NCBI GenBank assembly: GCA_963817385.1 | Contig: CAWFOM010000005.1 | Location: forward strand, 194,596 to 258,595 | Length of the DNA stretch: 64,000 nucleotides | Direction of reading: 5' to 3' | Origin: an uncultured delta proteobacterium | GTDB taxonomy: Bacteria > Desulfobacterota > Syntrophia > Syntrophales > UBA5619 | In this document: piece after piece, positions 17,983 to 27,823 of the stretch | How the letters are laid out: every line of letters starts with the position of its first letter | How positions within the stretch are numbered: position 1 is the stretch's first letter | Program-made: the position numbers and the translations under genes | Notes under the pieces: model-generated | Seen by the model: the letters and a program-made list of their open reading frames with translations, nothing else | What the model was told of the DNA's origin: nothing | Database searches by the model: none

Positions 17983-19350
17983 ATGTTGACACAAAGAGTT
18001 GCGAATTTTGTCGGCGGCGTACGGACAGAGGATATTCCCCGGGATGCGCTTGACAAAGCCCGCCTTGGGATTACCGATTTCATCGGTGTTGCCGTAGCGG
18101 GGTCGCAAGAAGAGTCGAGCAGGCTCATCAGGGAGTACGGAACCGCGATGGGCGGCGCGGCCGAGGCGAGCATTATCGCGGCGGACGGGAAAACGTCCAT
18201 CGAGATGGCGGCCCTGATCAACGGAACAATGGGGCACGCGCTGGATTACGATGACATGTCGGTTGCTCCGATCGCGCACCCGTCGGTATTCCTGGCCCCG
18301 GCCATTCTGGCGGTCGGCGAGAGCATCGATGCGCCGGGCCGGGAGGTCCTCGCGGCGTACGTCGTGGGGTATGAGGTTGCCTGTTGCGTCGCCGAGCCGA
18401 TGTTTCAGAGTCACTATGTCCAGGGATGGCACAGCACGTCCACATTCGGGAGCCTGGGGGCGGCGGCGGCGGTGGCGTGGCTGTTGAAGCTGAATCCCCG
18501 ACAGGTAACAATGGCGATAGGGATTGCGGCGTCCCTGGCGTGCGGGCTCAGGCAGAACTTCGGCACCATGACCAAGCCGCTGCACGCGGGCAAGGCGGGC
18601 GCGAACGGAGTTCAGGCAGCCTTTTTGGCCCGGGCGGGATTTACCGCCGATGCGAGTATTATCGAGGCGCCGCTGGGTTTTGCCAAGGTCATGGGACACA
18701 GCGCCGAGGTTGACTGGTCCGCCGTGGGAGCAAACTTGGGGAAGACGTTTGTGATTACCGGCCCGGTCGGCATTGCCATCAAGCCGTATCCGTCGTGCGG
18801 CTTTACCCACACGGCTATAGACTGTGCACTGGATCTCAGACAACAGGGGGTCAAGACCGAAGAGATCGTTGCGATTGAGTTGGGCACGACCCCCTTTGAC
18901 AGGCAACTGCTCATCCACCATCGACCCGGGACCGGATTGGAAGGAAAGTTCAGTCTTGAGTACTGCGTGGCCCGCGCTCTCGTCTCAGGGGCGGTCCGCT
19001 TGAACCACTTTTCCGACAAAGGGGTGCGGGAGCCTGATGTGCTCGGTTTGATGGGACGGATGAAATGGGTGGAGAAGTTCCCGATGCCGGTCATGGGGAC
19101 CCCGGAGGGGTTCGGCGCCAAGAGTGTGACCGTTACGCTGAGAAACGGCGAGAACCATGACTCAACAGTCCGTGTCGCCAAAGGGATGCCGACGAATCCG
19201 CTCAGTGCTCATGAATTCAACGCAAAGTATCGGGATTGCGCCTCCCGGGGTTTATCGGAGGAGGCGGTTGAGGAGTCGTTATCACTGCTGACCGGCATGC
19301 AGAGGGTGGATGCGGTGAGGAAAATTATGGAGCGGATATCCAAGGCATAA
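17983..19350 (+). CDS. MmgE/PrpD family protein (2-methylcitrate dehydratase-like)
   Basis: 455 aa with a PrpD-family N-terminus (RVANFVGGVRTEDIPRDALDKARLGITDFIGVAVAG) and full-length similarity. Confidence 0.9.
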   Translation: MLTQRVANFVGGVRTEDIPRDALDKARLGITDFIGVAVAGSQEESSRLIREYGTAMGGAAEASIIAADGKTSIEMAALINGTMGHALDYDDMSVAPIAHPSVFLAPAILAVGESIDAPGREVLAAYVVGYEVACCVAEPMFQSHYVQGWHSTSTFGSLGAAAAVAWLLKLNPRQVTMAIGIAASLACGLRQNFGTMTKPLHAGKAGANGVQAAFLARAGFTADASIIEAPLGFAKVMGHSAEVDWSAVGANLGKTFVITGPVGIAIKPYPSCGFTHTAIDCALDLRQQGVKTEEIVAIELGTTPFDRQLLIHHRPGTGLEGKFSLEYCVARALVSGAVRLNHFSDKGVREPDVLGLMGRMKWVEKFPMPVMGTPEGFGAKSVTVTLRNGENHDSTVRVAKGMPTNPLSAHEFNAKYRDCASRGLSEEAVEESLSLLTGMQRVDAVRKIMERISKA

Positions 19351-19373
19351 TTACCACTCCTTCAACAGCTTTC

Positions 19374-19432
19374 ACCTTGCTTACCCCGCGGAAAGCTGCG
19401 GGGAATGTTCTCGCGGCGGATTCAAGATTACC
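19374..19432. repeat. Intergenic hairpin repeat (CCCCGCGG-n4-CYGCGGGG family)
   Basis: TTGCTTACCCCGCGGAAAGCTGCGGGGAATGTTCTCGCGGCGGATTCAAG closely matches 57828-57886. Confidence 0.6.
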
Positions 19433-19607
19433 ACAACAAAAAAGGCGGAACTTTCACTCAACATGTGGTATGGACCTCGGTGTAGATCGGCCGGCGACAA
19501 CCGCAGAAAGCACATTCCTGCTTTCCGCATCGATACAACCTGGTTACGCGAGTCAGAACAATGCGCGGATGACACATCAACTATGATGACTGGATAGAGG
19601 AGGTATA

Positions 19608-21188
19608 ATGACAACTGAGGCCCCGGCTATTTCGATTCATAAATCCCCTACCCCTGAATATCCGTTAAAACCCGTGCATCTTCCAAAATCGACAAAACGT
19701 CCGGGTCCTATGATTCCCCGGATGCGAAAAGTCTTTTTGATCTATTCATTCCTGGCGAATGCCCTTCTTCTCGGTGTCGGAACGGGCACCTGCCTGGCTT
19801 CCGGAACGGCGGCGGCTCATCCCATCGGTCAGTCCCTGGCCGTCTGGACGATCATTCCCTTCGCGGGGATCCTATTATCAATCGCCCTGTGTCCACTTCT
19901 GACGCCCCATTTCTGGCACCGTCATTTCGGAAAGGCATCGGCGTTCTGGGCGCTCCTGTTTGCCCTTCCGTTTCTGTATGTCTACCGGGGCGTCGCCTTT
20001 TACGAGATCCTCCACATCTTCCTTATCGATTATATCCCCTTCATCATCCTTCTCTGCGGGCTCTTCACGATATCCGGCGGCATCGTGCTGCGAGGCTCGC
20101 TCCGGGGTTCGCCCGCCGTCAACACCGTCATGCTGCTGATCGGGACCCTGCTGGCCTCTTTGATCGGCACAACAGGCGCTTCCATGGTGATGATCCGGCC
20201 GGTCCTCCGGGCCAATAAAAATCGCGTGAAGAAATCACACATTATCTGTTTTTTCATCTTCCTCGTGGCCAATATCGGGGGCTCCCTCACCCCCCTCGGC
20301 GATCCGCCCCTCTTCCTGGGCTTCCTGCACAACGTCCCCTTCTTCTGGGTGACGACGCACCTCCTGCCCCACATGCTGTTAGCTTCCCTGCTCCTTCTGG
20401 CCCTCTTTTATGTCATCGACCGGCACTACTTCCGTAAAGAGGAGAGGGAATCCCTGCCGCCGGCAACAACCACGGAAAAAGGCGAGGCGTTCGGGATCGA
20501 GGGCGTCCATAATTTCGCCCTTCTGGCCGGGGTCGTGGTTGTCATTCTCATCAGCGGCTACTGGCGGCCAGGTAATATTTCGGTCTTGGGCGTCACCGTC
20601 GATCTTCAGAACCTGCTCAGGGACGGGATGATCATCGTGCTGGGGCTCCTGTCCCTGTATAGTACGCCGAAACGGCTTCGGGAGGCCAACGAGTTCAGCT
20701 GGTTTCCCATCCTGGAGGTGGCGAAGCTCTTCGCCGCGATCTTCGTGACCATCATCCCGGCCCTGGCCATCCTGAAGGCCGGCACGCAGGGCGCCCTGGC
20801 AGCGCTTATCACGGCGGTCGAGACGCCCGCCCACTACTTCTGGGCCTCGGGCGCGCTGTCTTCCTTCCTTGACAACGCCCCAACCTACCTGACCTTTTTC
20901 AACATGGCCCTGGGGAAAATCGGGCTCTCCGAGGCGGCGGTGCCGGCGGCCCTGGCGGCGGGTACGGCCGCGACGAACCCCATCTTCATCAGCTACCTCC
21001 AGGCGATATCCGCCGGGGCGGTTTTCATGGGCGCCAACACTTATATCGGAAATGCCCCGAATTTCATGGTGAAATCGATCGCCGAAGAGGCGGGGGTGAA
21101 CATGCCCAGCTTTTTCGGTTACATGTTCAAGTACTCCATACCGTTCCTGATTCCGGTCTTTATTCTCATAACGTTTATCTTCTTTTAA
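19608..21188 (+). CDS. ArsB/NhaD/CitMHS-superfamily ion or anion permease
   Basis: 526 aa and polytopic, with the GGSLTPLGDPPLFLGF motif typical of this permease superfamily. A strong GGAGG RBS lies 5 nt upstream. Confidence 0.8.
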   Translation: MTTEAPAISIHKSPTPEYPLKPVHLPKSTKRPGPMIPRMRKVFLIYSFLANALLLGVGTGTCLASGTAAAHPIGQSLAVWTIIPFAGILLSIALCPLLTPHFWHRHFGKASAFWALLFALPFLYVYRGVAFYEILHIFLIDYIPFIILLCGLFTISGGIVLRGSLRGSPAVNTVMLLIGTLLASLIGTTGASMVMIRPVLRANKNRVKKSHIICFFIFLVANIGGSLTPLGDPPLFLGFLHNVPFFWVTTHLLPHMLLASLLLLALFYVIDRHYFRKEERESLPPATTTEKGEAFGIEGVHNFALLAGVVVVILISGYWRPGNISVLGVTVDLQNLLRDGMIIVLGLLSLYSTPKRLREANEFSWFPILEVAKLFAAIFVTIIPALAILKAGTQGALAALITAVETPAHYFWASGALSSFLDNAPTYLTFFNMALGKIGLSEAAVPAALAAGTAATNPIFISYLQAISAGAVFMGANTYIGNAPNFMVKSIAEEAGVNMPSFFGYMFKYSIPFLIPVFILITFIFF

Positions 21189-21203
21189 CGGGGAGGGGGT
21201 ATC

Positions 21204-21791
21204 ATGAATGAGCAATATTACGAGGTTGTTGTCGAGGGTAACCTCGACCTGATGAAGGGGTTTGTGATGGGCTTTCTCGCGGGTCGGGGCATCGAAGGCA
21301 GCGTGTTCTTTGACCAAGAATGCCACATCGAAGGGGAGTGCTCAACGGGCCCTCTCATGCGGCTGATAGGCATCCGCGACAACGCCGGTATCGTGATCGT
21401 CGGATCGGGGCTCCATGACCTCCTCGTTGCCGTGCTGAACAGACATCCGCAGGTCATCCCGCTGCGCATCCGGAAAGTCCGTCAGGTGTTGAGCGCTGCA
21501 TTCGACTGCAAATTCCGGGCGTACTCCCGGGAGGTCGGCGCGGAGCTCAAGGAGATCTTCAGCCGGATTCCGGAAGGGGTTGACGGGGAATCGGGGTTTG
21601 AAATGCATGAAAAGCTCGATCCCGAGGGCAAGGGGTTGGAGATGTTCACCCCCCTTCACGATTATGAGTTGACGGGGAAGGGGCGGATAGCGGGTTCGGT
21701 AAAAGAGGTCCTGCATCTGTACCACCGGCTGGGACGCTTCGAGGTGGTCGAACTGGGTGAGCTGGAACTCACATTCGGGAAACCCTTGTGA
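21204..21791 (+). CDS. Hypothetical soluble protein, probably co-transcribed with the permease
   Basis: 195 aa. A GGGGAGGGGG RBS is present and the gene starts 15 nt after the permease stop. I recognise no motif. Confidence 0.7.
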   Translation: MNEQYYEVVVEGNLDLMKGFVMGFLAGRGIEGSVFFDQECHIEGECSTGPLMRLIGIRDNAGIVIVGSGLHDLLVAVLNRHPQVIPLRIRKVRQVLSAAFDCKFRAYSREVGAELKEIFSRIPEGVDGESGFEMHEKLDPEGKGLEMFTPLHDYELTGKGRIAGSVKEVLHLYHRLGRFEVVELGELELTFGKPL

Positions 21792-21938
21792 ATGCAGGTT
21801 CCGGCGCACCATACGGGGATGAAATCTCGATAAAATATCCTTGACACTCACAGCAGCCCATCGTAAACTCCCCGCGTGGAAAAGTAGGTCCTTATCAATA
21901 ACAACGTTCCAATGAAATGCAATCAAAGGAGGGAAACG

Positions 21939-22982
21939 ATGTTGAAGACAAGACCGAGTCACCAGTTCGCGGCATTCCTGGCGGCCCTTGCCGCCGTCTT
22001 CGCTTTTTCGGCGATCAATCCTGCTCATTCTGCAGAGCGCAAGTCGATCCGCTGGGCAACGTCCAGTACGGGCTCTTACGGCTATAAGGTCGCGGCCCAG
22101 ATGACCAAGGTGTTGGAGGACGCTCTCGGCGGCGAATATACCGTCACGGTCAATCCCTATCCATCGACCACCGCCGCCATGAAGGCGACGATGGACGGCA
22201 ATGGGGAGATCGGCTACACGGCCGACGTCGGGATGACCGAAGTCTATGAGGGCACCGGCGGCTTCAAGGACTACAAGGCCGCCAAATCGAATATGGTCCA
22301 CACCTGGTATGCATACCCGATGGAGTCGTTCATGGCCGTGTACGCGCCGAAAGCCGGCCAATTCAAGTCCTGGGGCGACTTCAGCGGCAAGCCGGTCTTC
22401 TTCACCCCCGCCGGCTTCATGAACTGGCTCAATTTCCAGCGCATCTTCAAGGCGCTCGGCTATCAGTTCAAACACGTCCAGATCGGCGAGGCGGCCCAGG
22501 GCGACGCGCTCCAGGGCGGCACCATTGTCGGCGCCGTCGCCTACACGACCGCCGGCCGGTCGCTCGCGTCCTACTGGCGCGAGACCGAGCTGCGCATCGA
22601 CATCAAGGTGATCAACCCGAGCCCGGAAGAGGTCAAGAAACTGACCGCGGCGGGCCTCGCCCCCGTGGAGATCGACCCGGCGAAGGCATTCAGCAAGGAC
22701 GTAGGCGTGAAGACGGTCCTGGGCGTGCCGATCCTCTTCGGCTACAACGTTCGCGCGGACATGCCCGAGGATGTCGTCTACAAGATGCTGGGCAGTTTCT
22801 ATAAGGAGCGTGACAACCTGGCCAAGGCCGATCCGGGTTTCGGACCCATGGCGCGCGACTTCGTCGGCATGCAGGTGAAAGGCATCAATGCCAATCCGAC
22901 CATTCCGGTGCATGCGGGGCTGGTGAAGTTCCTCAAAGATCATAAGGCGTGGAACGACAAGTGGAAGATCGCCGGCAAGTGA
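21939..22982 (+). CDS. TAXI-family TRAP transporter solute-binding protein
   Basis: It has a signal peptide (FAAFLAALAAVFAFSAINPAHSA) and a TAXI-like core (RWATSSTGSYGYKVAAQM...). An AAAGGAGGG RBS precedes the ATG at 21939. Confidence 0.88.
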   Translation: MLKTRPSHQFAAFLAALAAVFAFSAINPAHSAERKSIRWATSSTGSYGYKVAAQMTKVLEDALGGEYTVTVNPYPSTTAAMKATMDGNGEIGYTADVGMTEVYEGTGGFKDYKAAKSNMVHTWYAYPMESFMAVYAPKAGQFKSWGDFSGKPVFFTPAGFMNWLNFQRIFKALGYQFKHVQIGEAAQGDALQGGTIVGAVAYTTAGRSLASYWRETELRIDIKVINPSPEEVKKLTAAGLAPVEIDPAKAFSKDVGVKTVLGVPILFGYNVRADMPEDVVYKMLGSFYKERDNLAKADPGFGPMARDFVGMQVKGINANPTIPVHAGLVKFLKDHKAWNDKWKIAGK

Positions 22983-23254
22983 TCGGACAACGGGCTTGCC
23001 GGGGGAGGGGAACCTGCGCCGCGACGGCGCCGGCTCCCGCCCCCGCACCTTACCAATCGCATGCAATTCGAAGAATCAGCGAAGCGAAGATAATACCATG
23101 GTCCGCGTGCGGCCGGGATCGGGTGCACGCAATAACGACGGATGGGAAAGTTCGTCTGTGCATTGTTTTGCTCTTTGCTGAGCATCGTCACTTATCGTAT
23201 CGGCGCTGTGGGCCGGAAGGCCGCAGACGCTTCGGGCCATAAAGGGGGGAACCC

Positions 23255-25216
23255 ATGCTGAGTGACCGGATTACGCGCCACGTTAACCTTCAGAACCTGA
23301 TATTCCTCTTGTCGATCTTCATGTTTGCCTGGCTATGCTGGTACTTCTACACCGGCTACGGCGGCCCGACCGAACTCGTGGCAAACCTTGTGCCGATCGC
23401 CCTGATGCTGCAGATCCTGCACCTGCACAAAAACGGTTTTATCTACAAGCGGCTGCCGCCGCTCGCGAATCATATCATCGTCGTTGTCTACCTCGCCGTC
23501 TGCTGTTACGCCTTCTACCATTTTCATGTGGAGTACGAGCAGATCTCGATCTGGCGGCAGGGTTCCTACACCACGGAAGATTTCATCATGGGCCTGTTGG
23601 TCTTCCTCCTGGTGATGGAGCTCTCACGGGTCGTCCATACTGAGTTGTTCTGGATGAACGCGGTTCTGGTGGTCTATACGCTTTGGGGTTACCTGAGCCC
23701 GGTCGACTTCTTCTGGCATCCGGGCACCTCCTTCTACCGGGTGATCACCTCGAGCACGGTCGAACTCTCAACCGGCATCTACGGGCAATACGCCCAGATC
23801 GCTCTGACGACGATCGCGGCGTTTTTGCTTCTGGCGGCGGCGGCGCGCGGCTTCGACGCCCAGGGGGCGATGGTCAGTTTCATGCAGCGGATCGCCGGAA
23901 AGTCGCGGCAAACGATCCCCCAGACGGCGGTGCTCGCCTCCTCCGCGGTCGGCATGATCAGCGGGAGCGGCGCGGCCAACGCCACCGTGGTCGGCGCCTT
24001 CACGATCCCGCTGATGAAACGCTACGGCGTCCCGGGGGAGTTCGCCGCTGCGGTGGAAACCGCGGCATCGATGGGCGGGCTCATCATGCCGCCGGTGATG
24101 GCGGTCGCCGGTTTCGTGATGGCGGAATTCCTCGGCGTCTCCTACTGGAGCGTGACGCTCCGCGGCTTTTCCCTCGCCTTCATTTACTACTCCACGCTCT
24201 CCCTGTCCGTGTATCTGCTGAGCGTGAGGCTGATGCCCTCCACGCCGATCGAGAAGATCACGTTGCCGGCCTACGACCAGATCAAGACGGCGATTTTCTT
24301 CATCGGGATCATCTTTCTCACCGTCCTGATGGGAGTGCTCAACTACGGGGAGCAGCTCGCAGGGCTCTATACCGGGGCCTTCATGTTCTCGCTCCTCATC
24401 CTGCTCTATCTCTATTTCAAGTATCTGCGGAAGGACCCGGCGGCGGACAAGGATTCGCTCTGGGCAAACATCCGCATCACGATCGAGACGCATGCCGAGA
24501 TGACCTCCTTCCTGACGCTGCTCCTGGCGACGCTCGGCATCATGGTCGGCCTGTTCACCGTTACCGGCTTCATCAACCGGATGGGAGGGATAATGCTGCG
24601 CGTCGGCGAGTGGAACGTCGTCGCCCTCATCCTGATGGCCTGGGTGTTCGGCTGGCTCGTCGGCGCGGGGCTCCCGCCGACGGCGACCTACATCGTTCTC
24701 GCGGTCATCATCGTGGACCCCATGCGCAAGCTCGGCATCGACCCCTGGATCGCGCATTTCTTCTGCTTTCTCTTGGCCGTGTGGGGCGAGCTGTCGCCGC
24801 CGACTTCGCTCGCCGCGGCGGTCTCCGCGCGGATCGCGGAGGCGTCATTCATCAAGACCATGTGGGAGGCGCTGAAACTCTGCCTGCCCATCACCATCAT
24901 GACATTTGCCATTTTCACCCGCTCCGACATCGTGGTAAGCCCGGGCTGGTGGCAGGTCGCCGATACCTTCATCGTGGCGCTCGGCTGCTGCAGCTTGACC
25001 TTCGCCCTGTTCGGAAGGTTTTTCCACAACGGGCGGGCGGACCTGATCATGCGCGCGGTATTTGCGCTCGCCGCGTTCGTGATGCTATTCCACCCGAATG
25101 ACAATGTACCCCGGATGATGGTCGTGATCGTCCTGCCGGCGGTGATTTACGGCGTCGTGCGCCACCGGCGGATCGCCCCGCCGAAGAGCGAGCCGCAGCC
25201 CCAGCCGGCCGTCTAA
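23255..25216 (+). CDS. TRAP transporter fused permease (TAXI-type DctQ-DctM fusion)
   Basis: 653 aa and highly hydrophobic. Its length and position next to the TAXI receptor fit this class. Confidence 0.9.
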   Translation: MLSDRITRHVNLQNLIFLLSIFMFAWLCWYFYTGYGGPTELVANLVPIALMLQILHLHKNGFIYKRLPPLANHIIVVVYLAVCCYAFYHFHVEYEQISIWRQGSYTTEDFIMGLLVFLLVMELSRVVHTELFWMNAVLVVYTLWGYLSPVDFFWHPGTSFYRVITSSTVELSTGIYGQYAQIALTTIAAFLLLAAAARGFDAQGAMVSFMQRIAGKSRQTIPQTAVLASSAVGMISGSGAANATVVGAFTIPLMKRYGVPGEFAAAVETAASMGGLIMPPVMAVAGFVMAEFLGVSYWSVTLRGFSLAFIYYSTLSLSVYLLSVRLMPSTPIEKITLPAYDQIKTAIFFIGIIFLTVLMGVLNYGEQLAGLYTGAFMFSLLILLYLYFKYLRKDPAADKDSLWANIRITIETHAEMTSFLTLLLATLGIMVGLFTVTGFINRMGGIMLRVGEWNVVALILMAWVFGWLVGAGLPPTATYIVLAVIIVDPMRKLGIDPWIAHFFCFLLAVWGELSPPTSLAAAVSARIAEASFIKTMWEALKLCLPITIMTFAIFTRSDIVVSPGWWQVADTFIVALGCCSLTFALFGRFFHNGRADLIMRAVFALAAFVMLFHPNDNVPRMMVVIVLPAVIYGVVRHRRIAPPKSEPQPQPAV

Positions 25217-25358
25217 GCGGGCCCTGGTCGGGTGTTGAAACACCCTGCTAAGATCAAACCATCAGTGCTCCAGGGAGCAAGGGGGACGGCCGCACCTTCC
25301 GGGTCTCTCCGATACGGCACACGGGAAGGTAGGAACAGTCAACTACGGGGAAGACGCG

Positions 25359-27041
25359 ATGATTTTTCATGACATTGTGATCGTCGGCGGGGGGCTGACG
25401 GGGTTGATGGCCGCCGTGGAGGCGCCGCCCGGTACGGACGTGGCCGTCATCAGCAAGATCTATCCTACCCGCTCCCACAGCGGGGCCGCCCAAGGCGGTT
25501 TCAACGCCGCCATGGGGGCGGATGATTCGGTGGAGAGCCACGTGTTCGACACGGTGAAGGGCGGCGACTATCTGGGGGATCAGGACGCCATTGAAGTGCT
25601 CTGTTCCGAAGGTCCGGAGGTGATCCGGCAACTGGAACAGATGGGCGTGCCCTGGTCCCGGACCCCGGACGGCCGCCCGGCCCAGCGTTCCCTGGGGGGC
25701 GCGGGCTTTCCCCGGGCGTGCTACGCCGCCGATATCTCCGGCCACGTGGTGCTCCACACCCTGTATGAGCGTGCGCTGGGCGCCGGGGTGCGCATCTACC
25801 CCGAGCGGCACCTGGTGGAACTGCTCCTGGAAGACGGCGCCCTGGCGGGGCTCCTGGTGTACGACCTCGCCACAGGGCGGCTGGAAGTGGTCCGCTGCCG
25901 GGTGGCGCTCCTGGCCACCGGCGGATACGGACGGATATTCCGCAAGACCACCAACGGCCACGCCAACACCGGGGACGGCACGGCCGTCGCCTACCGGGCG
26001 GGGGCCGTCCTGGCCGATATGGAGTTCGTGCAATTCCACCCCACCACCCTTTACGGCACCAACATCCTGATTTCCGAAGCGGCCCGGGGCGAGGGTGGCT
26101 ACTTGCGCAACGCCTCCGGGGAGCGGTTCATGGCCCGGTACGCTCCGCAGAAGATGGAACTGGCGCCCCGGGACGTGGTTTCCCGCTCGATCTTCCAGGA
26201 AATCAAAGAAGGACGTGGGTTGGGCGACGGCTACATTGATCTTGATCTTACCCATCTGGGTCCGGACAAGATACTCCGGCAGCTGCCCCAGATAAATGAC
26301 CTGTCCCACCTTTACGCGGCGGTGGACCCGGCCCAAACGCCGATCCCCATCGAGCCCGCCCAGCATTACAGCATGGGCGGCATCCGGGTCAACCTGGACT
26401 GCGAAACCACTATCCCCGGGCTCTTGGCCGCCGGTGAAACGGCGAACGTAAGCGTGCACGGGGCCAACCGCCTGGGCGGCAATTCGCTCCTCGAAACGGT
26501 GGTGTTCGGCCGCCGGGCCGGCAGGCGCATGCTGGAGACGGCGAAGCGTCCAATCCCACCGCCCCCGCACGCTTCGCTGGATCTGGCCATGTCACGCTGG
26601 CGGGCCAATTTCGGCGCCGGCAAACCCCGCAAGCCGGGCGACTCCGCATCCGCGATACGCGGAGCCATGAACCGCATCATGACGGATAAAGTGGGAGTGT
26701 TCCGCACCGGGGGGGAACTCCGGGAGGCCGTGGAGGATCTGGCCGCCCTGCGCCGCCGCTACGAGAAGCTGCGGGTCCCCGCCGGGGAGCGCCCCTTCAA
26801 CAGCCAACTCATCGAACACCTGGAACTGGGCTGTCTGCTGGAACTCAGCGAGATTACCGCCGGAGCCGCCTGCAGGCGCACTGAGAGCCGCGGCGCGCAC
26901 TACCGGCTCGACCACCCACGGCGAGATGATGCCAACTGGCTGAACCATACGTTGGTTCGGCGGGGCGGCGACGGGCAGCCGATGTATGAGGCCGGCCCCG
27001 TCACGATCACCCGGCTCCAGCCCCAGGAAAGGGGGTACTGA
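25359..27041 (+). CDS. Fumarate reductase/succinate dehydrogenase flavoprotein subunit, second copy
   Basis: 560 aa with [56 protein letters not shown] and RGAHYRLD motifs. Confidence 0.93.
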   Translation: MIFHDIVIVGGGLTGLMAAVEAPPGTDVAVISKIYPTRSHSGAAQGGFNAAMGADDSVESHVFDTVKGGDYLGDQDAIEVLCSEGPEVIRQLEQMGVPWSRTPDGRPAQRSLGGAGFPRACYAADISGHVVLHTLYERALGAGVRIYPERHLVELLLEDGALAGLLVYDLATGRLEVVRCRVALLATGGYGRIFRKTTNGHANTGDGTAVAYRAGAVLADMEFVQFHPTTLYGTNILISEAARGEGGYLRNASGERFMARYAPQKMELAPRDVVSRSIFQEIKEGRGLGDGYIDLDLTHLGPDKILRQLPQINDLSHLYAAVDPAQTPIPIEPAQHYSMGGIRVNLDCETTIPGLLAAGETANVSVHGANRLGGNSLLETVVFGRRAGRRMLETAKRPIPPPPHASLDLAMSRWRANFGAGKPRKPGDSASAIRGAMNRIMTDKVGVFRTGGELREAVEDLAALRRRYEKLRVPAGERPFNSQLIEHLELGCLLELSEITAGAACRRTESRGAHYRLDHPRRDDANWLNHTLVRRGGDGQPMYEAGPVTITRLQPQERGY

Positions 27042-27042
27042 T

Positions 27043-27693
27043 ATGCGGCTCACCTTGAACGTCACCCGTTTCGACCCGCAAGCCGACGACAAACCCTCCT
27101 GCCGAACATACACCGTCGACTGGGAACGGCACGAAACCGTGCTGGATCTGCTCATGAGAGCGAGGCTTCAGGACCCCTCCCTGGCCTTCAGGCGCTCCTG
27201 CCGCAGCGGCATCTGCGGCTCCTGCGGTATGCACATCGGGGGCCGTTCCCGGCTTGCCTGCCAGACGCTGGTCCGGGAGGTGGCCGGCGACGGGGGCGGC
27301 CTGAGCATAACGCCGCTGCCGGGCTTCCGGCAGCTCAAAGATCTGGTGGTGGACATGGATCCATTCTTCGATGCGCTCAAGAGGGTGCTCCCCTGGGTCA
27401 TCACGATTCCGAACCATAACGGGCTGATTTCACCGGAGGATTCGGGGCTGATCGAGCCTCCCGCCACCTGCATCCTGTGCGGCGTCTGCGACGCCGAGGT
27501 GCATCCAGGCGGCAGGATTACCCCCGCCGCCCTGGTGAAAAACGTGCGGCTGGCGGTCGATCCCCGCGACGCCCTGGGGGGAGAGAGAATGAAGATCACC
27601 GGACTGTCACAAGAAGGACTGCACACGTTTAGGGAACTGCTCGCATCGGTCTGCCCCAAGGGGATCAAACTTCCTCCCGTGGCTCTGGAATAA
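27043..27693 (+). CDS. SdhB/FrdB-like iron-sulfur subunit lacking the [3Fe-4S] ligand set
   Basis: 216 aa with the 2Fe-2S motif CRSGICGSCGMHIGGRSRLAC. CILCGVC is followed by DAEVHP (no fourth Cys-Pro). Only one distal CP (SVCPKG) is present. The gene starts 1 nt after the flavoprotein stop. Confidence 0.85.
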   Translation: MRLTLNVTRFDPQADDKPSCRTYTVDWERHETVLDLLMRARLQDPSLAFRRSCRSGICGSCGMHIGGRSRLACQTLVREVAGDGGGLSITPLPGFRQLKDLVVDMDPFFDALKRVLPWVITIPNHNGLISPEDSGLIEPPATCILCGVCDAEVHPGGRITPAALVKNVRLAVDPRDALGGERMKITGLSQEGLHTFRELLASVCPKGIKLPPVALE

Positions 27694-27823
27694 AGTCGGG
27701 GTATCGAATCAGCGAGAAATGGGTCAATTTGAAATGGGCCGACGTAACGTAATCGGAAACCTTTCCCGAAAGCCTGATTATAGGATTCATCGATAGAGAT
27801 CTCAGCGGGATCTGCAAACGTTA

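Noticed and set aside
19433-19607. A possible riboswitch or structured leader upstream of the ArsB/NhaD-type permease
   Set aside because: Several short hairpins can be drawn (for example GAAAGCA-cattcc-TGCTTTC at about 19506-19525). I cannot match them to any riboswitch consensus I know, and a single sequence cannot show covariation. An Rfam/Infernal scan would be needed.
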